Origin: Octopus bimaculoides
Taxonomy: Eukaryota
Length of the DNA: 64,000 bases
Assembly (NCBI RefSeq): GCF_001194135.2
Contig: NC_068998.1
Coordinates: 54,617,354 to 54,681,353 of the forward strand
Reading direction: 5' to 3'
Position numbers and translations under genes: made by a program. Positions 38,713 to 51,638 of this stretch are shown here, piece after piece (the stretch's first letter is position 1; each line of letters starts with the position of its first letter). Below the pieces are notes generated by a model that had not been told where the DNA came from, made no database searches, and saw only the letters and a program-made list of their open reading frames with translations.

Positions 38713-39840
38713 TAAGCTAACCAATCCTTTTTGTTTGCTATGTCCATAAATACACTAAAGTTGGCTGTGGGGTAAATCCATAGACTTTTAGCTGCTGTCA
38801 CTGCATGTGCAAGCTAATTAAAACTAATTAGATACATTCATCAGTCGTGTTTATACAATTTCCCTGTGGACCATAAAAGAGGGATCAGCTAGACTAATAC
38901 TTCCAAACATGTTTACATTTCTCCCTTCAATTAACTGCCTCCCATGCAACCATACTTGCCTTCTCTTAACTGACCAGCATCAGAGGGAATTTCACATCAT
39001 GATTATTAATCGTTTTATTAAACCAGATACACCAATTTGAATATCTGATGCATTCGAGGCAATTAATTTGATTAAATAAATTTCTGCCATATTAGCTGTG
39101 TTTGTTTTTGATACTAATGTTTTATACAGACCAACGTATCTTATTAATTTTAATTACTTTAATTAGTTTACACATGCAGAGATGGATGAAACATATGGAT
39201 TTACCTCCTTAGTAAACTTGTGTATCAAAATCAAACAAACTTAGCACAGCAATATTGCAGTCTGAGTTCAAATCCATCTGATGTCAAGTTTGCCTTTCAT
39301 CTTTTCAGGGGCTCATGAAAGAAGTGTCAACCATGGTAGGAGTGTTAAAGAGTTGGGGGCAAGATGATGCTTTGTGGTACCGGTTCCTGGGTACAGCTGG
39401 ATGCCCTTCCTAATGCCAACCACTTTACAGAGTGGCACTGGGTGCCTTTTATGTGGCACCAACATGAGCCATTTTATTTATTATATTTGAAAACAGAGGA
39501 TTACCAATCAGTCAAAGCTTGTTGAAACCTTCTCATATTGGAAAGATAAGATGTGGAGGGTTAGCATTTAGTTGTTTTTGTGGGATATTAAATGATTGTG
39601 ACCAAAGTGTTAGTCAATACCTATATCTTATGTCTCAGTGTGTGTTTCTTCTGATTTTATTCCTAACATAGTAATTACTGTTACCTTTTGTACAGCAAAA
39701 CTTAAATAAATGGAGTCGTATAAAGATTATTTGGTTGGTTTTTTTTTTGTTTGTTTGTTGTTTCTTTTCCCCCTGTTTCTATGCAGAAAGAGGTTCTTAT
39801 TACAAATGAGAAATTTTCTAAAACAAAAAGCCAAACTCAC

Positions 39841-40058
39841 TTCAGTTTAGCAAGAGCTTCACTTTGCTGAAGTCGTAGTTGCCGAGATTGTTCATGTAGT
39901 ATTTCCTGTTGTTTCTTGGTCTCCATTTTGATGTGTTCTTCAGCAAGAAACCTTTCTTTGAAAGCTATTTTCTCTTTTTCGATTTGTTTCTCACGAAAAT
40001 ATTTAGTGGTATTACTAGGAGACTGAGTCAGATTTCTTGGAATTAGCAGATTCATGTG
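39841..40058 (-). CDS. SPEF2: SPEF2 exon 4 (HMNLLIPRN...QQSEALAKL), coiled coil
   Basis: cattttag acceptor, AA|gtgagt donor, 218 nt open. Resembles recalled RHMIPRQ...QNEIMAKIQ. Confidence 0.9.
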
Positions 40059-40644
40059 CTAAAATGACACAAATTACAAACATTATTGATGCTAGAATAC
40101 AAGCGGAGAGAGGGGAAGAGGAGGAAGTTTTAAGAAATGCAGCAGAAAGACAGGTACCGAATTCTTTACATTCTTACACATGGTCACGTTAATAAATACT
40201 TATGTCTTAAACATTGCAAGAGCATTTTGTTTAACATCCGTATTTGGCTGGATGCCCTTCCTAATGCCAACCACTTCACAAAGTGTACTGGGTGCTTTTG
40301 AATTGCACCAGCACTAGTAGGGTCACCAAGTAATTTGCAAGACAAGACCCCCTCCACAGAGTTGGGGGGTAGCGATATTGAGAGAGGTTGTTTTGTGACA
40401 GGAGAAGAGATGTTAAAGTAGAAAGCGGGACAGAAACATGTTTACTTGCTGTAGAGGAGAAAAAGGGCTACCCCAGCAGGAAGGGGAGAAAGGACGATGG
40501 AGATGAGGTATCAGGGTGTGCTCTCAGGGTATAAGAAGGTGGATAGAGAGAAAATAGGGGCAGAGAATTGAAGATGGCTGGGTGGATGACTCATAATTTT
40601 CACATTTTGTATTTACATGTAGCTTAGCAGAAAAAAGAACCTAC

Positions 40645-40897
40645 CTCATTATAAATCCTGTTTTCAATGTGAGAAAGTCTTGATTGTGTAACTGACATCT
40701 GATTGCTTTCTTGTACGACAGGTTTGCTTTTCGATTTCTTACCATTCAAAACAACAAATAATTCATACATGAGATTTGTAGCAGCACCATGCTTTTCGGT
40801 CATGATATCACGAGCTGTATTTGTATCAAACTGCAAACCAAGTTTGTGAAGAGATGGCTCAAGTCGAGTGAAATTGTTGAGGCGTCCTTCAATCGTA
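40645..40897 (-). CDS. SPEF2: SPEF2 exon 3 (TIEGRLNNFTRLEPSLHKLGLQFD...IENRIYNE)
   Basis: tttag acceptor, GAG|gtaggt donor, 253 nt. LNNFTRLEP.L..LG.QFD motif. Confidence 0.95.
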
Positions 40898-42195
40898 CTA
40901 AATTCAACAAGAGAAATTATACTTTTTTCACTGATCATGCAGTGACATCACAAAAGCATCACCAATGTCACATAGATTCATATCTTTATTTGAAACAACA
41001 TATAACAAAAAAGAAAAAAAAACCCATCATGATGATGCAATGAAGAGATAGAAGTTGTACCTAGCTTAGAAAGATGGCAACAAGTGAAACAATAATTGTT
41101 GTTGTTGTTTTGCTGCCCCCACTTCCCCTGGATCAGGACTAATCAAACAGATCTATGAATGGAATGTTGTATACCATTTGGGGAATTACAGATTCCAAAT
41201 TGTTATTAAACCTATTAGACAGAGGCTTGTTAGAATGAGAGGAGGCAATTTTTATTCAATATTTTGTGTTGTTTTCTTAGGGAGGTGCCGGACAAACAGG
41301 GAAATGTTCCAGCATCATCAACCTATGATGGGATGGTGACAGCCAGAAGATTCTTCATCATCAGTGAACTCAATTGCAGCCAACATAAAATAAATGATAA
41401 TAGTTATTCATAGCAACAACATAAAATCTCCCCTATATCTTGGAAACAGCAACTTTCTTACAGATGTACTGAATACAATAGCTTCTAGTAACACTAATGA
41501 TGTCACTAATGCTTTGAGAAAGACACGGATGTGTCACACAGTCTTATTTTTTCAATGTAAGAAACCAATAACTTCTTTATAATATTATAGCAAAAAAAGC
41601 ATATAAAATTACTGTTTGGAAAGAAAATTTTTTTCAGATTCTGAAGACATTTCATTATATATTCAGGCGATGTAATACATTATTTTGAGTCTTGTTCAAA
41701 AGAAGTCCAAGTTGTGCAACGACTCAAACATTTCATGAAAACATTATTCCAAAAATATATCTGTCGCTGTTGTTGTTGTTGTTGTTGGCAATTTGCTAAA
41801 CCAAAACAGATGTTTAATCAATTAAGATTTTTGTATTTGTATGGGTTTCATATTGAATCAAGTAAATAAGAAACTGCAGCCATGGAAAGGAAAAGAAAAA
41901 AACTTTGAATGACAATCTGGTATGGGAAATAGACAGCTGCTGGAAACTGTCCTTAAATGCTCTAAAGGTATTGCCATTAGAGACCAGTTTCCTCATCAGC
42001 CACAATAGGACAGATCATGACCTAATAAGGAAACTTCTATGTTGTTACTCATCCAGCTAGAAATAATAGCCAAGCTCCTTTAAATCCCATTCCATTATGA
42101 TGGGTATCCTGGACTTTGTATATTTTATCCCAGTGTCATTTTGATGGCATGCACTGCTCTCGCACTCAATAATAATAATAATGATAATGACAATG

Positions 42196-42249
<54 letters not shown>

Positions 42250-42255
42250 TTAAAA

Positions 42256-42420
42256 TATGAAAAACTTGAAATATAAGGACCTTGAGACTGAGATGTCTAG
42301 GATGTGGCAATTAAAAACCAAAACTATCCCTGTTGTTGCAGGTGCCCAAGGAATGATCAAGAAAGGTAGTGACAAATTTCTATGGACAAGATCCTTAGGA
42401 GAAATTAAAGAGAAACACAG
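42256..42420 (+). mobile_element. RLE-type (R2/R4-like) LINE 3' fragment
   Basis: KYKDLETEMSRMWQLKTKTIPVVAGAQGMIKK matches the recalled KY.DL..E..RMW..K...IP...GALG motif. Confidence 0.8.
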
Positions 42421-43637
42421 GGCCAAGATTCTATCAAACCCAAAATGTAACTGTCTTTGAAGAATCGGTGAGGAATATTCTTGTTGTTCATTTATGTTTG
42501 GTGTTATACAATGTGAAACATTTTTGCAAAAGAATCTTTGTATAGGAAAAACTATGTTGCAACAAAATAAATCAACTTCAATTTATAGACAATGTATAAT
42601 GACACATTATCTTGAAATATTGAAAGACAAAAACAACTGTTGTTTCTGCAGTTAATAATTATGTTGCTTTGCCATAATAAAAAAAATAACTGACTGACAA
42701 AGGATTCTATTAAGCCTGGTATTTTCTCATTTCAAAACAATCCTGTTTAATGGTATCAGGAGAATTTCACTGAAATGAGAAATTATAGATAAGCCATCAG
42801 AGAAAAGATTAAAAGATTACTGTGAAGTAAGGTATATATGAGAGACGCAGAAACAAAGAGAATAAGAGAAGTGACGGAAGGAAGCGAGAGTAATTAAAAG
42901 AAAGATTGGGAAACAGACTGTAGAATGTGAGGGAGCTAAGAGCCGGGGCTTAGGTCTGGCTTCAAGGAATTAAGGAGATCAGAGGAAAATAAACCAAATT
43001 GAGCAAGTGTTTTTTTGTTTTTTTGTATATTTGGATGGTTTTTCTTTTAAGACCACCCAGTCAAATGTGAAATGGTACCAATTTTCAGCCAGGTCAAATA
43101 GAAGCAAATGAGTAACATTTCTTAACTAAGAGTAAATTATATTCACCCACACACATATGTAAGTATGCGTGTGTGCGAACATGCATGTATATCGGGCACT
43201 CTGTTACAATCCAATTGATCTAAAGTCTGTAATTATTTCCTATCTCTAAGAAATGTCTCACTTCATAAATTGTTTAATTTATTTACCTCTGATTATGTCA
43301 GACTGAAGATTTCTAAAAATAATGAAATAATGATCGACATGATTATTACTCCTGACTAGAAATTTTAAGAACTTCATTAAAAGTAAGCAATTAAACATGT
43401 GTATTCTATGCCTCTTTTTCTTTGTTTTTCTTTAATTTCAAATTCAAATTTCTAATCACGCCAAATATTATGAAGAAATGCTTATCTCCTTTATATTAGC
43501 TATCTGCTAAGGGACACCATGTTTCTAAAGAACTCTAAATATATGTATATTTCTATTTACATTTATATACAGAGGGGTGCAAAAGTTTGAAATGAAAATA
43601 TTATAAGAAATATATTGAGATGATTTGAGAAACATAC

Positions 43638-43740
43638 TTTTGTAGAGAAAATTGATCCAGATCATCCTGCAGTTTATATTTAGACAATGTTTCGCCAATG
43701 AGGTAACCATTGGAAAAAACAGATGAAAAATTGATGATAT
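43638..43740 (-). CDS. SPEF2: SPEF2 exon 2 (DIINFSSVFSNGYLIGETLSKYKLQDDLDQFSLQ), CH-like domain
   Basis: tttccag acceptor, AA|gtatgt donor, 103 nt. FSNGYLIGE..LQDD motif typical of the SPEF2/SPEF1 CH-like domain. Confidence 0.95.
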
Positions 43741-46700
43741 CTGGAAAAGAAAAAGAAAACAAACATTGTACATTCTTGCAATCAACATATAAATATTTCA
43801 TCATTAAGGAAGAATATTAGAAGTTATAATTCCTGAAATTTTATCAGAATTCTGACACACCTTCTTTCATAATCTCCAATATCGAACTCATTTATATATG
43901 AAGTCAGATCTGAAGACCAAGAAAGGTTTTGAATTCACTTCTTGCAATCGTTAACTTTGCATTTCATCGTCCTTGGATCAAAAAATCAATACCATAAATC
44001 GGTGGATTGTGATATTGTTGAGGTTTAGCCCCAGGTCAGCCCTGACTGAGCAAACCTATAATCAAAGATGTTTTCCAATCATGACAAGCCTGGTTTCCTC
44101 TCAACTACTTCATTCATTCACTTAAACCCTTCTCTCCCAATGGAGCTAACGCCATCAATGACTTTTCTCCACTGTTCTCGACATTCGACTATCTTTCCCT
44201 TTCTCAGGTCTTGTTGGTTTTGAATGGTCATCAATGTCTTTTTCTTTATGTAGAGGTGTAGGCCCTATGCAAATCCATTGTTATCCCTGGGAAGAGGTGG
44301 TCCATATCAGCTAGGCCTTTATCCTTTGATCTGTCCCACATGGGCAACCTTGCCAGGAGTTTGCACTGTACTGGCATGAGCTGAGCTCTCAGGGTCACTG
44401 AGGCGTACAAACCACCACTATACTGCCATAAGGACTAGACCTTGTGGTGAAGGTACTTCATATTTAAGAGTAAATTATTTAACATGTCTCTCTCTTTTCA
44501 AGTTGGCAGAGAGAGATTTGATAAGGATTTGGTTGATTATTGTTTCTAGTAGGTCTGGATCCCTGGTTGACATGCAGCATCAATGTTTAATATTGTGGGG
44601 AAAAAACCCCCCTAGATTTTTGGGTCTTTATTGCAAGAATACTTTAGGTGGCTTAAAAAGCAGATGTACTTTTTTTCCCCTTTTTGCTGAAAGATGTTTT
44701 AGAATAAATGGTGACCCAAACCAAAGGAGAAGGGTGGAGAGTCTGTTTTGTCATGGTTCGAGGCTATTGGTATTCTTAGAGCTACGTTTCATAACGTCTT
44801 GGAGGTTCTCATGAATAAAAGGCATGAATCCCAGTCAAAAGCTGGTTCAACCATCCAACCCATGCCAGCATGGAAAGCAGATGTATGATGACGATGATTA
44901 AATGAGTTTGTTAATAACATCGATTACTAGTTTCTAATTTCTGGCACAAGGCCAGCACATTCAGGGGAGGGGTAAGTCAATTACATTGACACCCCCCCCC
45001 CCAGTACTTATTTTATCAACCATGAAAGAATGTAAGGCAAAATCAACCTTGGTGGGATTTGAACTCAGAACGTAAAGAAAGATGAAATGCCACAAAGCCT
45101 TTTGCTTGACATAATGCTAACGACTCTGCCAGTTTGCCACCTTAGTAAATATCGATTATTAGCACAGAGCTAATGGATAGCTGCTTCCATTGACTATATT
45201 TGATTGTCCTTAAAAGAATGAAAGGCGGCAAAGCTCATTCTGGCAGGCATTCTCTTAACAATATTGATTTCCTTTTCTTCTAAAGGGTGAATATGATTGG
45301 ATCAACCCTATTCCCTTTTAAATAACTCTGGAAGAAAGAACGGCAATCACAGTATGACAGCATGATTCCAAATGAGAAATGTAAAAACCCCAAAGGAGAT
45401 TCTGTAGAATATCAATTCAAGTGTCCCCATCTTTCCCTTTATGTAACCTATCGTGTCTTTGATCAGGGTATTTTAAAACTTTAAGGCTTCTCATTAGTTC
45501 TCAAATTCCAGCACAAGTACTGCAGCACAAAATCTTGAAACCTATGCCATCAAATGGTAAGTGGTCCCGTACACCTGGTCCAGGGAGCCACTCAGTGTCG
45601 GCACCAATAAAAGGTTACAAACTGAAAAAGGTTGCAGTTGAGGCATCAGCCTGCAACATCAACATCATCATCACTGTTTTAACATCCACTTTTCCATGCC
45701 TGAGTAGAGGTGGCATGAAAGTAGAGGCTGTTATAGAAGCAACAGAAAGATGAGACACAGTTTTTTTGTGGGCCAGAGGTTGGAATGTGATGGTTAGCGA
45801 CATCATACTACTAATCAGTCATGTGGTCTTTCTTTGTGTGCAGGAACTCCACAGTGTTACATTTAATTCAACATAATAAATTGGTAAGTCTGATATTTAT
45901 TTCTGTATCTGATGCATATTCTATTGAAAATGCAGAATTCAATGCAATAGATGACAACAATTGTATAAAGTTGAATGTTAACTGCCAAAAAAGAAGATAA
46001 ACGACATAGTCAAATATGGTGTCACGTTCTTTAAGACATAGAAAAGCATTCATTTAGAAAGAAATGTTGAATTCAATAACATTTAAAAGATAAGACCAGA
46101 AACAAAACAGCTTTAAATTTATTATTTGTTCAATGGTGTTGTGTTTTTAAAGACAATCTAACTCGTTGAGACTTGTTAAGAGAAACTGGTACAGCAACTT
46201 GTTTTAGATAGTTTCTTAGGCTAAAAACAAACAAACAAAAAGAAAATCGATGCTATTGGCTGAAGTATTTCTGTAAAAACTAAACATCAATTATTCAAGT
46301 TTAATCTAGGGGGATAAGAAACAACACAACTATACAATGCTTTTTACACCTCTATTATTTGATTTTTTTTTCTACTCGTTGTCAACACAGCCATTAATAT
46401 AAAGGAAAAAGAGACCACATTCAATAGCATCAATTTTTTTTTTTTTTTTTTACATTCTTCACACGAGATAACATTTTCTTCAATCAGATTCAAGATGGTA
46501 TCAAATTAAAATGAAGAACTTTTCATAATTCTTTTCCACATAGCACCATTTTTCATTTTTTTATATACTGAGGGTGGAGTGAGGAGATATACTGACAAGC
46601 AAGAAACAAATACAAAATGATAACAAAACATTTTATTCATTGTTGATTTATCACTATTCTTGTTATTCCTCTTTTGCTTGAACCATCTGAAAGTTGATTC

Positions 46701-46750
46701 CTTAATGTTTCATACATCTGTTGCTTGTGACATTGGTTTGATGGACTACT

Positions 46751-46976
46751 TTAACCCTTTCACCTTTAAACTGGCCTCCACATCCAGCCCAAACATTCCA
46801 GATGTTTTTATGCTCAACCAGATCCAGCCTCTCACACCTACCCTTCAATATCATTCTAAAAATAACAATCGCATTGTCAAAATCTTGAGGCTACAAGATA
46901 ATACCTGATTAGTTCAAAGTAAGGTGACTAAATAAGCATTAGATTTAGCAGAATAATCTGAATGCTGAAGGGTTAA
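46751..46976 (+). mobile_element. piggyBac-like MITE
   Basis: TTAA-CCCTT...AAGGG-TTAA. Related copies at about 31165-31365 (+) and 49243-49440 (-). Confidence 0.75.
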
Positions 46977-48214
46977 GATAGCAGAGTCTGAAAGATTTAT
47001 GCAGTCAAGCATAGTTTCTGCCATAGACTCTTTATAATTACCAGAGCATGACCAAAGGACAGTAAATCCTTACTGTGTGGGAACCAACTTGGTGCAGGTG
47101 AATGAGTATTTCTTTCTTGAACAAGCCTAGACTCACGTTGAATAGGCTAAAGTTCTGACACAAACCTGAAGCAGACAAAATTAATCAGCTAATCACAGGA
47201 TGTGCATTAGTTATTGCATATATCTCACCATAACGTGATAATACCAGGTTAGACCTAGCAGAAAGGCTTACTTTAAATTTAGCACGCGAGAGTTGAACCT
47301 CTTACAATAGAGCAAGTTGATACAAGCTTCTTGTAATATTTGCCTATGCTTTCAAGTTGTATAGGAATATTGATTATGTGTAAATAAAGATCAAGAACAG
47401 CCTTTTTGTTTTCGTGGTGAGTTGCTATTTTTCATTGTTGTAATTCCTTTACTGTATTTTATGGAATCTATTTAAGAAAGCTGTCACGTCTGCTGCCAGT
47501 ATTGTCATAAATGAACTGACAATCTATATTTCACTGCGATATTACATTTAGTGTTAAGCTTCATTCACGAAGCCTTACATTTACCTATTGTTTCACTTTC
47601 ATGATCAATTCAGAAAGATCATTTCACTGTGGTCATTTTCAGATAGATTAATCGCCCACACAATTACCGTACTTATCGTTGATTTGATGTCCATCCATCA
47701 ATCATACACTTCCAGTTGTCTTCATCCTTTGTCCTTTACTAAGCGAGGACAATATTTTTCAGGCCTTATTTCACAGTTTTACTTCATGTTTTGTTCCAAT
47801 TACTTTTTCTTACATTTCAAAACAATCCCAATCATTTTCTCGGTCACCCCACGTTCAATCATTATTTAAAACATTCAATTAATTTTTTCTCTGGTTCTTA
47901 AAATCTTCCATTTTCGGATCTTTTTTAAAACGGGGGCCACATTTTTCATTAATGTTTTACGTAGTGTTTTTGGTACCGAAAGACATTCAAACTTCGTATA
48001 CTTATCTATTTTGTGTTATAGAACAGAAAAATATTTTTGTATTCGAATTTATTTCATGTAGAAAATTGTCTTATTTCGATAATTTCAACCAATCACTGAC
48101 AAGTATTCAGTTGTTTACATTTACTCCTTTGGCTCATTAAGCGATGTAAAGCGTATTTAATCTCCATACCTTCGTTTTATTTGCTTTTTTCATTTTAAAT
48201 TTGCTTTAACCCTA

Positions 48215-48269
<55 letters not shown>

Positions 48270-50903
48270 GCGTGTGTGTGGTGTAAACACACAAGAATGT
48301 GCTTTCTATATATATGTACCATGTTTTTGTGTAGAGTATATACCCTTGCTACTAAGAATATAATTCTAGTCACCAACAACAAGAATGAATGATACAATCC
48401 AGAGAAGGTATTATTAGCAGAACGACAGATTATTTGACCCCAAAATCTTGTAGTTTTGCCAACAATCTTCATGGCTTTAATGATTTACAGTACAACTTTG
48501 GTGTGTACTCAGAACTGACTTTATCTGCTACAGATCTTCCTGAAACAATAATTTCTTGCCATGTGATTTATTCAATATATAAATAAATGTACAAGAGCCA
48601 TTTGTTAAGAGTTTTTCAAGAATTATGCAGTGTTTTAATTGTAAAAACTAAAATGAAAACAAAGGGTATCATATTAAGTTTTTCTATACTTAGATATGGT
48701 CAATGGAGGTTTATAATAATGGTCAGTATGACTGGATTCCTTCCAACTTACCAATTGTCTCTGAAATATTTATATAAGAACTGAAACAAGAAGCATTATA
48801 AAGGATTGACATATTTGATTTGCTGAATGTAGAAAACTAAAATTTCCATATTCTTTTGGATCGAATGTAGTATTCCTTGTTTTCTTGTATTCCTTGTAAA
48901 CACTACGTTAGGATATGTTATCAATTGTAATTTTCTTGTGGTATGACTGAAGAAATAGCTAAGCTGCCAAGGTTCACGTCTGAAGATAGATTTGCTAATT
49001 TTCTTCATTCCACTCAGATAAGGAAATTTATTGCTGTCAAAGACATTCATTCCTTGTGATAATGCAGCATCCAAATCAATATATATTTAATACACAGTCA
49101 TCAACAAAGGAGTTACATCAAGTTGGTGCTTTTCCTTTTCCTAGATATGATTAAATTTTCTTTAGCTTTCTTTAGTAAACATATTTAACTTCAGGCCTGA
49201 ACAACATTACAGACAGAAGTCTTTTATAAAAACTACCTTTCACCCCTCAGCATTTAGATATAATGTTTGTTTATTCACACTGTTTTGATTTAATCATGCA
49301 TTATCTTGTGGCTTTGAGATTTCAATGATTGCTTATTAGTTTTAGAACGATATTGTAGGGGGATGAGAAGCCAGATCCAGCCTCTGAGGGGTTTGGACAT
49401 AAAACAGGTCGAATATTTGGGCCAGATATGGCTGGTCATATTCTAAATTTATTTCCAAAATTGATCCAAAAAAACAACCCATTCTTGAACAAAGCTAGCA
49501 GAAATGGACTTTCTTCTTTTCTTTTTTCCATGCCAAAATACGTCACTTCATCTGCACATTCATTCATGTCGATTCCTGCCACACTGAAAGCATCCAGTTA
49601 CTTTTGCACTGGAGCTTCTACAATTAAAGATTGTTTAACCTGAAATCTTCTAGTGAAGCATCATTGGTATGGAAATGAATGCCATGGCATCTATCTGAAT
49701 GGACATGAACATAAACAACTAAAATAATTTCCCTCTTTTCCTTCTAAAATGTTTATTTTGTTGCTCTTGAGCAATCTTTCAGAGAATGTATTTCAAATTA
49801 TGGATGGGAACTTCATAGTTAGGAAAATATTTGATCTAACATGAACTATCATTATGCAGATAGCCAGTCTAATGGAGATTTTATGACTATGAAGTCCAAC
49901 ACTACATTAAATAATGCTAAAAGATAAAAAAAAAAAGCAAGAAAGAAAGAAGTAACATATTAGTTATTAACAATATATCTATCATTAAATAACAAAATCA
50001 ATAACTAAAGATATATAGATAACCTAGTGTAGCAATCATGCAATCATTTGATTACATAAGCTGCATGTCACTACATAAAATAATGTCTGCGCATTGGTGA
50101 TAGTTTCTAGCTGTTGTTGATTTAGGAGGAGCAGAAACATTTTAAACACTGTTATGTGAGTTATTCAATCAATAAGGAAATATATGAGATCTTCCATTGA
50201 AAAGAGCCTTGAAAGACTTATACTGTGCTTTAAGATAAAAAAAAAAGTTATAAAATCTGCTGTTTGCATAGATTTAAAGTAAATATTCTTGATTATAGAT
50301 TAGCTACTCCTTATGAAATTCACTTTTCAAATAAACAGAACACATACAAGTCCATGTAACAATCAGTTAAGTTAATGTTAACATACTCAATGCAGTAAGC
50401 TAAAAGATTTTTAAAAAACCTTTAATAATTCTGGTAAAGAAAGCAAGGGACATAACTCTGATATTTTAGTTACAATGAGTTCTCAATGTTTGTTCCATGT
50501 CTGTCTCGACTCATTTTCTGTGAGTGTATGTGTGTGTGTGTGTGTTTAGTCCTAGATGCATTAAGCCTGACAAAGGAGCGAGAGAGAGAGAACAGTGAGC
50601 ACTGGAAGACTTTTGATTTTAAATCTGCATCATCAGGGTGGATCTCACATTAAACAACAATATTCAATATTTCTTTTTTTCTTTTTACTTGTTTAGCAAA
50701 GAGAAGTCATTTTTGCCTTTCATCTTTCTGGAGAGAAAAAACAAAACTCACTGAAATAGTTGGACAAATTTTCATTGACTCTACTTTGCCCAATGCTAGA
50801 ACTCAACGTTGTTGTTCTTTGGTTTCAATCAAACAAATTGATGATAAGACACTCCAACCAAGACCAACATGTCTTATTTAACCAGGAAGAGTATACTCTA
50901 GAT

Positions 50904-51638
50904 CAGTGCTTCTCACACTATCTGATGTGGCATGCCAACAGTTTTTTTTTCCCCAATGTGCCAGGGACCAGTAATATTTCTTAGTAATAGTAATTTATGT
51001 CAGAAACAATATATATATTAAAGTAGTTGTCTACTGTCAACTTAACGTGACAGTCCCAATAAGGGAATATACTACTGCTATTTAGCCCTAGGAAGCTGGA
51101 CCGCTTGCTGTCGGCATTGACACATTTCCTGTGTCCTTATGTTTGCGAAGGGGAGACAAACTCCTCCACCCAGCCCAGCCTGCATTCAGGGACATGTTTC
51201 TGAGTTTTTGCTCATCATCAGCCTGAAGTAGCAAGACTAGATCGCTGAAGAAATTTGTCAAGCTTTCGCAAACATATACTATTTCAGTGAAACACATTCA
51301 CTGATTACAAAAATTAGAAATAATACATTTCTAAATCTCTCAGAGAGACTTAAGCAGTAGTGATGTGATAAAGTAGTTGTATACTATCAACTTAACGTGA
51401 CAGTCCCAATAAGGGAATATACTACTGCTATTTAGCCCTAGGAAGCTGGACCGCTTCCTGTCGGCATAATAAAAGTTGACAATTTTTTTTTATCTTATAT
51501 TTATTTTGTAAACAAATAATGCAATATTACAAAAGCATTTTACAATGTTTCTTTCTTTTCTGGAAACTCACCACATACCAGCAGCTGATGGCTCGAGGAC
51601 CGGTTCCGGTCTGCAGACCACCATGTTGAGTAGCACTG
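50904..51638. mobile_element. Non-autonomous hAT (Charlie-like) MITE with 8-bp TSD
   Basis: TIRs CAGTGCTTCTCA and TGAGTAGCACTG. Identical CTCTAGAT at 50896-50903 and 51639-51646. Confidence 0.9.

Noticed and set aside
41985-42000. CTGATGAGGAAAC on the minus strand
   Set aside because: No stem II between the core boxes.
48300-49800. Apparent long degenerate reading frames in intron 1
   Set aside because: Stop density is about what AT-rich random sequence gives, and no motif was recognised.
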